NCBI GenBank assembly: GCA_013265495.1 | Contig: MU058584.1 | Coordinates: 4,470,508-4,534,507, forward strand | DNA: 64,000 nt | Source: Vicugna vicugna | Lineage: Eukaryota | Reading direction: 5' to 3' | Part shown: positions 1-13,191 of the stretch, piece by piece | How positions within the stretch are numbered: the first letter of the stretch is position 1 | Layout: every line of letters starts with the position of its first letter | Program-made: the position numbers and the translations under genes | The notes under the pieces: generated by a model | The model's database searches: none | What the model was told of the DNA's origin: nothing | Seen by the model: the letters and a program-made list of their open reading frames with translations, nothing else

Positions 1-971
1 TGACACTTGGGGGATGTTTATGACCTAGAGAAAATACATATTTAATTTCAGAGCACTTTCAATGCATATTGATGATAAAGCCTTATCAATTATTTGGCCA
101 ATTCAATCACAGTCAAGAATAGAGCTTGTGGAGAGTGGGCACTGAGAGAGCATCTAGGGATGAGGATACGTGACAGAGTGAAAGAGCATGGCCCCAAAGA
201 CAGACCAAGACAGACCTTCCTGAGTGAAGGAGAGTGTCTGGCTTTATTCTGCTTAAAGAAAACACCACCGTTGCCCTAAATGAAGACAAAACTAAAGATC
301 AATTATATATATGATTGTTTCTCTAAATATCTTTTTAAGAAACCTCTAATACATTTCAGTTTTCATCCAATTTTTCACCAATATGTAAAATCAGGTTTTA
401 CATATATCCAAAGGAGATACTCTGAACTTAAAGGGATGTTATCTGTCGGGAAAGCTTGTCAGACCACTCTAGCCAAGGCAATTTTTCCTCTGAGCCAGCA
501 GGGCACTTAGTGTCTATAAACTTACATGCCTTATTATCTATTTAAAAATCCTTGATTATCTATTGATCTGTTCATATTACGTCTTCCTCTGAATTGTAAG
601 CTCCTCTGTGTTAGAGTCACGTTCTACATATTTATCTTTGCTTTCTCCACGGCATTTTCCTGGAGCCCCATCCCATGGTAGGCATTTGCTATTTGATGAC
701 TGATAAGGTTATCATCTGAGAAGTTGCAGAAGAGAAGTAAATAGACAGTAAGCTAGAAAAATAGGGCATCTAGGATAAATGTGATAACATCTAAGCCTTC
801 AGGCTTCTAACCTTGCTTAAAGGACTGATATACTTAAGTTGAACCTCCATTCCCAGCCCAAGGCTTTCCCACTCCTCTCTAAGCTTCAACACCTGTCTTC
901 TTCCCCAAGGGTTGCCCTAATCTTTAGCTCTGCAACCATTCTTCCTACTCAAGACTCCCACTGCCACATAC

Positions 972-1135
972 CTCCTTTCTCCAGGGTTGAGGAAGAGCGA
1001 GAGCCTAGATTAGGGACTAGCTCTTTCAGGAGCACAGAAAACAGGAAAGGGGACTGGGTGACATTATTCTGAAGACAGCAAAAGTGCCATGTCTGTCTAG
1101 AGCTGACACATAAAATGACAGTTTTATCTAAAAGC
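972..1135 (-). other. ADCY10: Probable non-coding first exon of ADCY10 (soluble adenylyl cyclase); 5' end approximate
   Basis: Strong minus-strand donor GAG|GTATGT at 972/971 with CCAAT and GC-rich elements just upstream. Gene identity rests only on recalled mammalian synteny ADCY10(-), MPC2(-), DCAF6(+); no ADCY10 coding sequence is in the window. Confidence 0.5.
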
Positions 1136-1164
1136 CGTTTTGCTGGCCACACCCTCATCAGAAG

Positions 1165-1230
1165 CTCATTGTTTCACGGGCACTGACTGCTTCTGATTGG
1201 CTGGCACTGCCCTCCCCTCCCCCACCAGCC
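1165..1230 (-). promoter_or_regulatory. Putative non-CpG-island proximal promoter (CCAAT box plus Sp/KLF-like box)
   Basis: CTGATTGGCT at 1193-1202 (NF-Y consensus, CCAAT on minus) and CCCTCCCCTCCCC near 1210-1223, upstream of the candidate exon. Confidence 0.45.
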
Positions 1231-2479
1231 AGTGGCCTATAGCTGGTACCCATACTGCTTCAGGTTCTCCTGACTGGATGTTTGGGGCAAAGGTCAGGGA
1301 GACTGAGTGATCCCAAAGTCATTTTCACAACTCTTCCCCTGACTAAGTGGAGGGTGGTTGAAATCAGGCAGTTGTTGGTAGGTGATTATTGTAAAAGCAA
1401 GTATCTCCTGAGTAAACACCCAGTTTTGGTCAATAATGATTGTGACTTTTACCAGGACAATGAAATTTACCAGTTATAATACGTATCTTCAGAGATTTCT
1501 GTGAGATTAATTTTTGACCCATCCTTTCCTACTGATCAGGTACGTACTTCTGATCAAATTCATCCCAAAGATGACTTGCAGTCCAATGTGGCACTGGATC
1601 TGTCTCTTCATCCAATGGACACCGGCAAAATGTGTTTTAAGAGGATGGCACATTTTCTAACAGCTTAAATCGAGTTTTGATTTTCTAGCTGTTCTTATGT
1701 ATATCACAATTACAATTAATATTTGGTGACACATTTGTAAAACCTGAATTTTAAAAAGCTGAGCTGAAAAAACAAGCATTCTCAAAGTCCAGCCCTATAA
1801 TTAAATTTGCTGTGTGTTTCAAAATGTTGTAAAACATAGTTGTCTTAAGGGAGGAAAAAAAAAGAGGCTCATTTAATTATGTTTGCTGAGTAAATTTTCT
1901 GGTGCAATGGAAACCAGTCTTAATATTATTAGAATCATAGTTCATATAATTAAACAGACCCCTTAGAGAGAAAGCCAGTCTTAATAAATACCAGTACTTT
2001 CTATTTCTATTCCTTTATCCAAAAAAGCTCCAGTAGAAACTGTTTTGCTTTATAGAGAGGAATCTGGGCTTTGAGGTCAAACCTTGCTAAGATTCAACCT
2101 TTCACCATCATTTTAACAACTTAAAAAACAATCTGTTTACGATGGAGAAACAACAGTATTGATGTACTTTGAATCAATGTTTCTTTGAAATGAATGCCAA
2201 GCCACAAAACAGATTAGGTTAAGAATTTATCTCTTACAGAGACTTTTCTATCCCTGTTTCTGGCCCACCACCCCAAGCAGCTTGTTTTCTGCTTTATCCT
2301 GTGAAAGCCATGAGAGTTCCAATAGTTATTACTTCAGAAGATGTGCAAATAGGTTAATATACTATATCCTTTTTGCAGCTAAAACTCCTTTGTCTAAGAA
2401 AGTACTTTTCAGATCTATCTTCAATTAACTTTACCATTTTCTGAAGCTTTCTATTTTATTTGACACCCATCATGGACCA

Positions 2480-2648
2480 GGAGCTGTGTTAAAACATTAT
2501 CTCAATTATCTTTAGAACAATCCTGTTAAGTAAGTACTATTATTATTCCCATTTTACTCTTGAAAATCCTAAAGCTCAGAAACAAACATTAACAAGGTCT
2601 CATAGTTAATATGTGGCAGAGTTGAGCTGAAACACAGGCCTGTCAGAC
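2480..2648. mobile_element. MIR SINE remnant
   Basis: MIR core-like sequence 'tattattcccattttac...aaagctcaga...aaggtc...gtggcagag'. Confidence 0.7.
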
Positions 2649-4037
2649 CTGGCACTGAGAAAATTTACCCAATGAAGTGATCAATAAGGATTTGTTAGAA
2701 AATTTGATATAGAATTCAGCTCTACTGGACTGATAAAGTGATTTTTACCACTGTGAAAGGTTCTTTTATGGAGTTGAGTAGCTCCATGGATAGGAAGGAC
2801 TTCTAGTATACAGATTCTTCCTTCTAAGTTATTGAGAGCAGTTGTGAAATTGATCACTGGCAGCGAGAGTTTTCAATTGGATACATGTTGGAGTCTTTTA
2901 TTTTTAAGATTCAATAATGGGATGGATGAAAGTTTTTGGGCAGAAAGGAAGCATGAGACGGTCTGTCAGTGGAGCTTCTGAGAACCAAGAAGACTGTCTG
3001 TGACTGCTACATCTAAATGCTACAATGAATCTGACTGATAGTGGGGCTTAGGAGAACCAATATAGGAAAGAACAGGTTTTAATGAAAAGGATGTGAAACA
3101 CCAACTCAACATATACACTTTAATAAACTTTTTTGTTTATGCCATATTTCATAATGGATGTTCTTCTAAATGCTTAACTCTGGGAAACACATGCACACGT
3201 GCTCACATTGGTCTGCAAACTAACTGAACAGTATGGCTTGAAAAGAGAAAGCAATAATAATCTGACCTTTCGGGACTTGTTCACTTTTGCCTGTGTCAAA
3301 TTCTCTAATCTTTCCTCCTCAAAGACGGACTATGCTGAAGGGATAAAAGATAAAGTGCAAGGTTTTCAATTGCTTAATTGCCAAATTTTCATCAGTTGTT
3401 GTATATTATTATTCAAAAGTTTCTTTTTGTCACTTCTTCATATTTAGAAATAATTTGTTTTATGATTCCTCTGCCTACAGTCCTAAACAGGCCTGGTTTT
3501 ACTAGGATTTTCAGAAGAAAGCTCAGTACTCCAAATGGGAGTTCAAATCAAATAGGCTGTGATTATTTCTAGTATGGAGTGATCTATGCCTAGTGTCTCC
3601 TCATAATGGGGACAAAGGCCACAAACATTTATAGGAAGCCGACTGAGGTCCCAGGCACTCTGCTGGACACTTTCTTAATTTGCCCATAGTCAGATTACAA
3701 GTCACAAGACGTGTGATTCAAATTCAGTTCTGCCTGACTCAAGAGTTTTTCTATATTATTTCAGGTATTAGATGTATTTTAAAATTTTACAAATCCTTTC
3801 TTACTCTGTAGCTGTAAAAGAATTTCATACAATATCCCACCAAAAAAATTCTTCACAAGATTTTTCATTTCAAGTTAAAATATTTTAAAATAGTTTGAGG
3901 TTATGTTGCTAGCCATTTAATCATTTCTTATTCTCTTTAACTCTATTTCCTTTCACTTTTAGCTACTTCATCACCTTTTACCATACAACAGATTATTTAA
4001 CCTTCCAACTACCTTTTGACTCACTGGAATGTGTGTG

Positions 4038-4040
<3 letters not shown>

Positions 4041-4074
<34 letters not shown>
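4041..4074. repeat. (AC)17 microsatellite
   Basis: Direct reading. Confidence 0.98.
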
Positions 4075-4076
<2 letters not shown>

Positions 4077-4125
4077 TGGCTGAAAAGAACAGAAGGAGGC
4101 AAGTGGTATGTATGAGCAAGTATGG

Positions 4126-4131
4126 TTTATT
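4126..4131 (-). terminator. MPC2: MPC2 distal polyadenylation signal AATAAA
   Basis: TTTATT on plus about 260 nt past the stop codon, followed on the minus strand by a U-rich then (GU)n tract. Confidence 0.65.
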
Positions 4132-4218
4132 ATGGACAAAGAGTAGAAAAATGTTACTAATATCCATAGATAAATTCCTTAAGTCATATGTGAAGAGGCA
4201 GTATTATTAAAAGTTTGC

Positions 4219-4224
4219 TTTATT
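4219..4224 (-). terminator. MPC2: MPC2 proximal polyadenylation signal AATAAA
   Basis: TTTATT on plus about 165 nt past the stop codon. Confidence 0.5.
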
Positions 4225-4387
4225 TTTTCTGTTGAATCACATACTATCTCCTAATTACAATTAGATTCGTCTTATGCCTTCCAAACATTAGCACAGTTAG
4301 CATTACCTTATCAATAACCGAATAATAAATCAAACTAGGTCCCAGTGGTTATGTCCACATCTAGATTGTTAGGGTGATCAGGAACTC

Positions 4388-4424
4388 TTATTTGTTTGCG
4401 TTAGCTTTTAATTCTTGGTTATAT
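4388..4424 (-). CDS. MPC2: MPC2 last coding exon ((R)YNQELKANANK*)
   Basis: Acceptor ttttctctatag at 4426-4425; 37 nt to TAA at 4390-4388; matches the MPC2 C-terminus. Confidence 0.96.
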
Positions 4425-6135
4425 CTATAGAGAAAACAGAAAGAAAAATAATCATGAATCACAAAGATAAATTTATAATAAGAAGGGAATGGGAAGCATA
4501 TTCCTTCCATCCCTTCTTTCTCACTAGTCAAGAAGCTATACAGTTGTAAATACAATCTTCCCAGGGGCTTGTAGGTGGAAACAAGCAGGTGGGAAAGCAA
4601 CCTAAGGACTTTATTTGCATCTGGCTTCCAACTGCCAGTTAGCAACTTAGCTGATACACAGTTTCCCGCACATAAATATTATTTTAATGAATATTTTCTT
4701 TCTTGAACTATTATAAGAATATGACAAACATGTGGACATATGTGTAAAATTTAGCAAAACGTGGTTGTCTAGAACTTTTTATTTTATACTCACAAAGCAT
4801 CTTTCCTGAGAATAAAATCAGTTGGGAATGGGATCCTGTCTAATCACTACAAATAAAATAAAACTCTGTAATGCAGGTAGCCTACTGGGTCAGCAGGTTG
4901 TAACACTTAAATTCATTGAAGCTAAGAACAGTTTCTTCAATTCTCATTAATTCAAAGAAGAATTAACCGTAAAGCCACAGTCTTTCCCTTCTACAATACT
5001 CTGGGCCTCATTTACTACTCTTCCTATCTGAAAATAGAGTGGAAAATTGAATAAGCACAAGAAGGAACTTATTCTATGAAGCCTACCATACCTTCTAGAC
5101 TGCTCAAAAGGTCCTGATTTCAAATATGCAATAGTGTTGTCCAGGGATTCCAACATTTATATTTCTAACTAAATCTCCCAATCTGCTATTGTAATGGAAA
5201 GGCCCAAAATCCTTTTGTTAAACCATATCTGAATTTCTGATAGTAGAAATGTGGCACTTAGTCTTCTAATAGCTCTACTATCATGAATTAATATAAGGTT
5301 AAAGTGAGATGGCAGATGAGAACAGTACTCTGTGAATAAAATCATTTTACAAATTTAAGTTTATACTGATATAAATAAGCCCTAAAAATGGTTGTAAGGC
5401 CTACTGTAGAGTGAGTTATATACTCATCCATCCATTAGGTGCTAGATTATTATGAAAGGATTACATTAGAAAGCTACCAGTACAGCTAGGAATGGTAAAG
5501 ATGAATGAAATTAAAATGTATTATACTCTGCAGAACAGAATGCGTTCTGAAAGGAAGGAAAATTATAACTCAATGTTTTCTATTTATTGAGATAATTCAA
5601 TTTTTTTTAGCCAAAGAAAGTTGTTATTCATGATACTGTTTTGTAATTTAGAAATGTTCTATGATTCAAACAAAGTTAGAGCCTTCATCTAAGATTATTG
5701 CAAGTGTTAACCAGTCACTGACAAATAAAATTAACTACTAAATAAATAGTTTAAAAAATTTCCAATGCTCACAGAACACTTATTTTCCAATGAAAACGGG
5801 AGCCTCACTCTAAACATCAAACTACACAGCTATACACTTAAGTCCCACTTTATTATATACAATTGAAAGTAAGTGATATAAGGTTCATGTGGAAAATTAC
5901 CTAATAAGCCATAAACTGTTTTTGTTGTCTTAATGAAAGAGACTCTATGAAAGGGCTGTACATCAAGATAACATACAGACTTAAAACCTAGGTAACATAT
6001 TGCTTAACACTTTAAACTTGAACCCCCAGACTTTCTAGAAATGTTAAATTTCTGCTTCAAGCACATCCAGACTGAGCATTACATGTGAATTAAAAACAAC
6101 AACAACAGTATAGCCAGCTGGGTAGCCTCTGAGGC

Positions 6136-6160
6136 ATATATATATATATATATATATATA
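6136..6160. repeat. (AT)12 microsatellite
   Basis: Direct reading; abuts the MPC2 donor GTAAGC. Confidence 0.97.
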
Positions 6161-6166
6161 GCTTAC

Positions 6167-6278
6167 CTCCAAATACGAAAGAGCTGAGAGGCTCCTGCTG
6201 TACCGACAAAGAAATTAACAGCAAACAGACTCCAGTTTTTTGGAATAATTACAAGTGAATATCTTGACCAAATAAACC
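6167..6278 (-). CDS. MPC2: MPC2 coding exon 4 (GFIWSRYSLVIIPKNWSLFAVNFFVGTAGASQLFRIWR)
   Basis: 112 nt, flanked by cag and gtaagc, phases 1 and 2 consistent with neighbouring exons. Confidence 0.97.
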
Positions 6279-6672
6279 CTGTTGAAACAAAAGATTTTTT
6301 TTTAAACCACAGGTGCACCTGCAATGTCTTATCTGAGCATTTAATATTAGAGTAAAATAATTATAAATAAAACTGTGACAACATAAAGTAGGATAAAGGA
6401 CCAAGAAATGCTATACTCTGAGTCTTTAATAAAGTTGCTATAATTCAGTGCTACACATAATTCTCAGTTCTCACGTAGGGAAATCTTTATAACCCTCCTC
6501 TGCCTTCTCCATCTATAATGTAATAACTTCCTAGAGATAAATAACAATGTTAATTTCTTTGTGTGTGAGTGTATGTACATATACTTCAAACATTAAACCA
6601 TTAAATAAATTGGTGTAAAACAAAACAATTGAATGCCCTATATAGAGCACAGAATATAGTCATTTAATTTAC

Positions 6673-6757
6673 CTGTTGCCATCAAAACAGCCGATTGAGC
6701 TGTGCTGAGTTTTTCTGCAGGTCTGGCCATGTCAGCCAATCCAGCACACACCAAGCC
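6673..6757 (-). CDS. MPC2: MPC2 coding exon 3 (GLVCAGLADMARPAEKLSTAQSAVLMAT)
   Basis: 85 nt, flanked by tttccag and gtaaat; lies inside ORF 6638..6838 of the track. Confidence 0.97.
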
Positions 6758-7391
6758 CTGGAAATACACATTAACATGTAGAAAGAAAAAAAAGCATCTT
6801 GAATGTGTAGTAATAGTTCCTATTTCAGAGATTTTCACATGACAGTAGATATGATTTTAGTATCCATGCATTAGGAAAATGTATGTCATGACAAAAAGGT
6901 ACAATGAATTCAGAAATACTTTTTGAATTAATTTATATTTTGTTAATCACATTAAGCAGCCTCATATATTTGAAAATCAGTAGTGTGTGTCTATGTGTGC
7001 ATATACATATATATATACACACACACACACATATATATATACTTGTTCTACAAATGTATTTGTATTTTTGTTCTAAAGTGATACTTCTTTCACATGAGTT
7101 TACATATTCTTTAAACATGTTGGGAACTACTGGTCTGGAAGATGCCTGAAAGGTATTTGTATAAATTCCCCCTTTCATGTTTTTTGTCAATGTTCTTCTT
7201 CTTTTTTTTTTTTTTAAAGTAGAAGTAACAGAAAAGCTCTGTTACAATTTTAGTTTCTTGGTTAGATAATTTTTCTTTAATGTCAAAGTATACATGGTCA
7301 TTTCTACTGCTATAGTTTAAACAGTCTTTTATAGAATGATTCCACTCATACTCTACAATCAGCATCACTCAGAAGTTTAGTAATGAGTCTT

Positions 7392-7489
7392 TTTTTTTCT
7401 TTCCTTTTTGATGGAGGTACTGGGGATTGAAGCCAGGACCTCATGCATGTTAAGCATGTGCTCTAAACATTGAGCTATACCTTCCCCCT
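7392..7489 (-). mobile_element. tRNA-derived SINE (Vic-1-like)
   Basis: A-box and B-box on minus, poly(A) tail, TSD TGAGTCTT at 7384-7391 and 7490-7497. Confidence 0.85.
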
Positions 7490-8744
7490 TGAGTCTTCAC
7501 TAGAATATAAGTTATGCTACTCTATTGCAGAGATAAGAATATGTAATGATATTTATTGATGAAAAATTCACACGCAAAATAAGAGAGACTAGAACACAGC
7601 CCTCGATGCACATCAGTAAGTCAGCAATTCCTGAGATTCTGCCTTATTTGCTTCACCTCTCCTCTTTCCTTTCTCCTTCTTTCTTTAAGTACTTTAAATC
7701 AAATCCTAAATATGTTATTAGAAAACATGTGTTTAAGAAATTTATTTTCAGGTTTTATTGAGTTCCCAAAAGATGCTCTTGTGTGAAAAATATAAATCAG
7801 CAAAGAGGTTTTTCTCCTAAATAGAACACATGCATTCTTGTGAATTTATATACAAATTTAAACCAAATCCAAATGGTTTAATAAGATCAGTAGTTCAAAA
7901 AAGCGATGACTCTGGTTTAAAAAGGGGCAAATTGGTAAACATAGGAGTGTAAGTAGGGGTAAATTATGATCAACACTACTTTTCTTGTTAACTTTTCCCC
8001 ACAGTCCCGTGATTTTCTCCTCAAATGCTTCCTAATCATCCCTCCTACATTCTTCTTCCAGGTCCCAAAGCACATTTTCTCTGTTGCATGTTTGTTCTAC
8101 TTCTGCAGGGTGGAATACTGCCATTATAGAGGGGAAGAAAGGGACTGACTTCTACCATTATTCTACTGGGTTCACATATTATACTGTGGCTTGTCACATA
8201 GACCCATGATGGCTATAGGTTATGGTGTATTATCTGCTTTCGGAAAGGGCCATGGTTTTATTTATGCTCACAGTCTGTTTTATTTTTCTAGGACATGTTA
8301 GTGTTAGGGATTGTTCTCTCCCACAAACGTCTTGAGCTCCTTTTCACATATTTTCTTTCTTTTTTTAAAACATTTGGACATATCTGCTTTATTATCTTCT
8401 CTCTTTATATGTATATGTATTTTTCTGACCCGTTTACAAAGAAATTGTAGATATCATACCCTTTGACCCCCTAATATTTTAGTGTGCAGTACAGTTCATA
8501 GTTAAATTTTGACAGCTGTCCCCAAATGTCCTTTAAAATAGGTTTTTTTCTTGTCCAGAGTACAGTTATGTCAGGATAATACACTGCATATTTGGTTGCT
8601 ATGCCTCTTTAATCTGTTTTTTTAAATTGAAGTATAGCTGATTTACAGTATTATATTAGTTTCCCACATTTCTAAAAACTCCCTTTCTATTTCTATACCA
8701 CTCTAACCTTACGTAAATTATTTTAGAAAATCTTACTGTGTATC

Positions 8745-8910
8745 TAATCTCTGCCATTAACTAGGTGTGTGACTTTGGTCAAGTTACATAACGCTTTGTC
8801 TTAAATTTTTCATGTATAAAATGAGATTATTAATAGCTACCCTTGCAAAAGTTATATATGATTAAATGAGATAATATGCTTTAAAAATATTAGCTCAGTG
8901 CCTGGAAAAT
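8745..8910. mobile_element. MIR remnant
   Basis: 'tgtgtgactttggtcaagttac...tgtataaaatgagattattaatagctacc...attaaatgagataat'. Confidence 0.7.
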
Positions 8911-11435
8911 ATTATTATTAACAACAAGAAATAGTAGCTTACATCTTTAGAGCAGCAGAGATAAAGGAATATTATTAGTCTCTTTCTAGAAGTAATCCTT
9001 TTTTGCATTACTAGCCTCAAAGGCAGAAGGTCCGTGTTCTCTCTTTATTATGAACTTTATTCAAATAATAGAACTGTAGAGCCAGAGAGTGGTTAGAGTA
9101 TACCACAAGATTATGTAAAATACTCCCTAACAAAGAAAGTACCAATTATAGATAGATCCACAGTGACTATATTTTGAAGGGGGCAATGGAAGTAAGAGCC
9201 TAGGCTTTGGAGTCAAATTAGACCTGAGGGTTCAAACCCTGACTCTATCACTTACTAACAACAGTTCTAGTTCTTTGAACCTCAGTACCCTTATCAGGAA
9301 AATGGTGATAACATTTATATCTCAGACTTTTTTCTGATAAAGATTAAATATGAGATAATATATTAAATAAACTAGTACAGACAGTTTGGCATCAAGTAGA
9401 TTCAAGTTAGCTCTCTTTCCAACAATTAAAAACTGGTTTTCAAACATGTGAACCCCAGGTTTGTGATCTTTCTAGCATCTGGTTATTTCTACTGGGTGGA
9501 GTAAATACTCATCAGATAGAATAAAACACTTATTCCTTCTTTCATTCCAATATTTTCTCCTTTACTGAAAAAAAAAAAAAAAGTCGTATGACACCTTTAG
9601 AGGAGTGTTAAAAAAAATACCACTACAGAACATTCCAATTCCAAAATGCTTAGAGATGGCAAGGTCCTCAAAATTTTAAACTGTGAATTAGACTATGTAA
9701 ATAGTTCCGGCTGGAAAAGCAAGTAGATAGGTATTAAAAATCTGCATAGATAATCTTGAAACAGTTTGACTTATTCCTAAGGAGAAGAGAACACAGAATT
9801 AGCTACAACAAATGGTATATTGTTTAAGAGTTAAATATAATCCAGTCTGTAGAAAAAGATTATGAACAAAAAGAAAAGAAGCTCTCTTAACTGACTTTCA
9901 CATAATAGTTTCCCCAGGTTAGTCAATGATCTCCATTCCTTCTGTAAACAAGCTAACATGGCTAGTGGGCTATTTATTCTGTGTTGCACACATGTATTTT
10001 TGCTCCTATCAGTTGAGTTATATTTTTACCAAGTCACTGTGTTTGTCCTCAAACCTGTTTATGGTAACTTTACTTGTTAATGTAATTTACCTAACTAAAT
10101 GAACTATTAGGCAAACAGGTGAAATACAAAAAGAGGGTTGTTATTTCTATGAAAACTAAAGTGACTACTTGGGAGGACTGAATAAAAGCAAGTTTTAAAA
10201 CTTGCTGTCAAATTTGATGTAAACCAGACAGAAATAAAAAGATTGGAGAGGGGGAGCCATAAAAATCTTAGCAGGTTTCTATTTTCATACTGTTATGAAA
10301 GTGTCTACAGACTTGCTCTGCTTTAAAGAAAACTAAACCAAAATTATATAGGATGCATTATGATATAATTCATCCAAGAGAGAAAATGTGGAACTCAAAA
10401 TCAGTGGATCTATACACAAACAAAAGCTTTGGCCTTATAGTAGATAGCAGACAAATGAATATATATTTATATTCTTTAAGTTAAAACATTCAAGGGTATG
10501 TAGTATTGTTTTGTAAGATTATCCATGTTGGTCTTTATGATTAATTATTTGATTTCAACGGAAGTAGCTAACCAGGATCCCCCACAATTAAACTTCTGAA
10601 GAACTCTAGTCTAAAATTGTTAATGTGGAACTTAACGTGGCTGGCAGCAGCAACTGTTAAGTGTCAGGTATAGACTACCATAGATTATTTATTATCAAAT
10701 GCTCTGGGAAAGGAAAGTATATTAACATGTACATAAAAAAATTTCTAACAAGAGAAGTCTCCCTATCAGAGAACAAGACAGAGAAGTTTCTACTGCTGTG
10801 CTGTCATCAGGAGATTATGTATGATTTCAACATGAACTTAAAATAGATTTTTCAAAGAGACGGTCGAGAAAGCACTTATGAGTATATAATACCATCAATG
10901 TTTCAAAACACTGATGGACCAGATCAAAGAAACAAAGCTATTGGCAAAATTAATAAACTTCTAAATTGTGGGACCTCCAAATTTACTGCAAATACATTAA
11001 ATCATTCTTACTCTTTTCATAATGGTGCTAGAAACAATACTTCAGCAATCAATTCCACTTCATAGCTATAGAATTTTAAGTATTGGTAAAAAAAGAAGAG
11101 GAAGGAAATAGTAATAAATCTTTTATAGTATTTTAAAAAATCACTATTTTTGAATGCTTAGAGTGTGAGCAGAATCATTAAAGATGACATGCTAAAACTT
11201 CTTTTTTAAACTGGTGGGATCTTTTCTCAATATATAACTCTAAAAAGAGAACTGCTCCCTAGTTCTCTGTAAAATATGGCTCCCAACCACTAATATACTC
11301 TAATCTTGTCATTTTATAGTTGAGACAAAAGGGCAGAAATTGAACGTGCCTCAGGTCATAAAATTGAGGGACAGCTAATTCCAGCTCTAACATTCTCAAG
11401 TACTTGGATTTATAACTGAGTTTCTGAATTCTTCT

Positions 11436-12346
11436 AACAACTTAAAACAATACATGTAAGAGAATTAAAATGGCCTACAACCCAGGAACAAAAACCAACT
11501 TGATTAAAACAATGGGCAAAGGGCTTAAATAGATATTTCTCCAAAGAAGATGTAAAAATGGTCAATAAGCACATGAAAAGATGTTCAGCATGACTAATCA
11601 TATCAGTGAAATGCACATCAAAACTACAGGGGGACACCACTTCACACCCATTAGGATGTCTATCGTAAAACAACAGTAACAACAAAAGTGACAAGTGCTG
11701 GCAGGGATGTGGAGAAATTGGAACCCTTGTGAATTGCTGGTGGGAATGTAAAACAGTGCCGCTGCTGTGGAATATAGTACAGCAGTTCATCAGAAGATTA
11801 AATACGGAATTACCACATGATCCAACAATTCCACTCGTAGGTATAGACCCAAAAGAACTGAAAGCAGGGTCTGGAACAGATACTGCATATCACTGTTCAT
11901 AGCAACACTGTGAACAATAGCCAAAAGGTGAAGCAACCCAAGTGTCCATCAAAAGATGACTGGATAAACAAAATGTGATATATACATACAGCAAAATATT
12001 ATTCAGACTTAAAAAGGACAGAAATTCTGACACATACTACAACATGGATGAACCTTGAGGATGTTATGCGAAGTGAAATTCGCCAGACATAAAAAGACAC
12101 ATATTGTATGATTCCATTTACATAGGGTAACTAAAGTAGTCAAATTCATAGAGACAGAAAGCAGAATGGTGGGTGCCAGGGGCTGGGGGGAGGGAGTAAT
12201 GAGGAGCTATTGTTTAATGGGTTCAGAGTTTTAGTTCTGCAAGACAGAAAGAGTTCTACAAATTGGCTGCACAGTGGTGTGAACGTATTCAACACTACAA
12301 CAAATGGTTAAGATGGTAAATTTTATTACAACCGAAAAAAAAAAAA
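11436..12346 (+). mobile_element. L1 3' end (L1M/L1MB-like), 5'-truncated
   Basis: ORF2 C-terminal remnant, typical 3'UTR ending 'aaatggttaagatggtaaatttt' and an A-rich tail. Confidence 0.9.
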
Positions 12347-12375
12347 CCAAAACCCTCCCAAAAAAGCCTGCAGAC

Positions 12376-12566
12376 CAGTAGTTTTTAAACTTTAGAAGGC
12401 ATCAGAATCACCTGGAGGGTTTATTAAAATACAAATTACTGGGCTCCATCCCCAGTTTCAGATTTAGTAAAACTGTGATGGGGCCTGAAAATCTGCATTT
12501 CTAACTTGTTCCTTCCTGGGTGATGCTAGCGCTGCAGGTCTCAGGATGACACTCTGAGAAGCACTG
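12376..12566. mobile_element. MER5A-like hAT MITE
   Basis: CAGT...ACTG termini; 'catcagaatcacctggaggg' and 'aatctgcatttctaac' hallmarks. Confidence 0.85.
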
Positions 12567-13150
12567 CGTTAAGCCAACACTGGCCCTTCCAACATAAAAT
12601 CAGTGATTTGTTACTAACGGCCACCACAATTATTTCTTTTCAGCTCAGTGAGAACTTTAGGAACGGAAGCTGGCATTTGGTAAAAGCACTGGCCTTGGGG
12701 TTAGAAACCCTAGATTCTACCATTTACTAAATGTTTATGTATACCCTTGGAATAAATGCGTCTACTTTTTGAGACTAACTTTCTTTGCCTCTATTTTAGT
12801 GTTAACTAAGTTCTTATACTAAATTAATAATAAAAGTCAATTTAGGGGGTTCTAATTAGTTTAATGTTTTACATAGTCACAAAATTTTAGAATGAAGTTT
12901 CATGGTCCTAGGGCCCACAATTACAAGCTTTTTGATAACAAATAAGTTCCCAAAAGGTTTCTTATGTACAGAGTTCATAAAAACTAAAGTAGGCAATGTG
13001 CTTTATGCAGTGAAAATGATACATCTGAGAGCATTTGTATGAAATTATTTCAAGGCATACTGTGAACATTTGAAAGTACATCGATCAAATTAATAAGCTC
13101 CTTTTAAAGAATACCTATTTAAGTAGCTTCTGCAAAAACTCAAGACTTAC

Positions 13151-13191
13151 CCATTTCATAATTGGAGCCCAGAAAAATACTGTTTTGGGAC
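13151..13191 (-). CDS. MPC2: MPC2 coding exon 2 (GPKTVFFWAPIMKW)
   Basis: 41 nt, flanked by ttccttcag and gtaagt; carries the conserved MPC motif FWAP. Confidence 0.97.
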
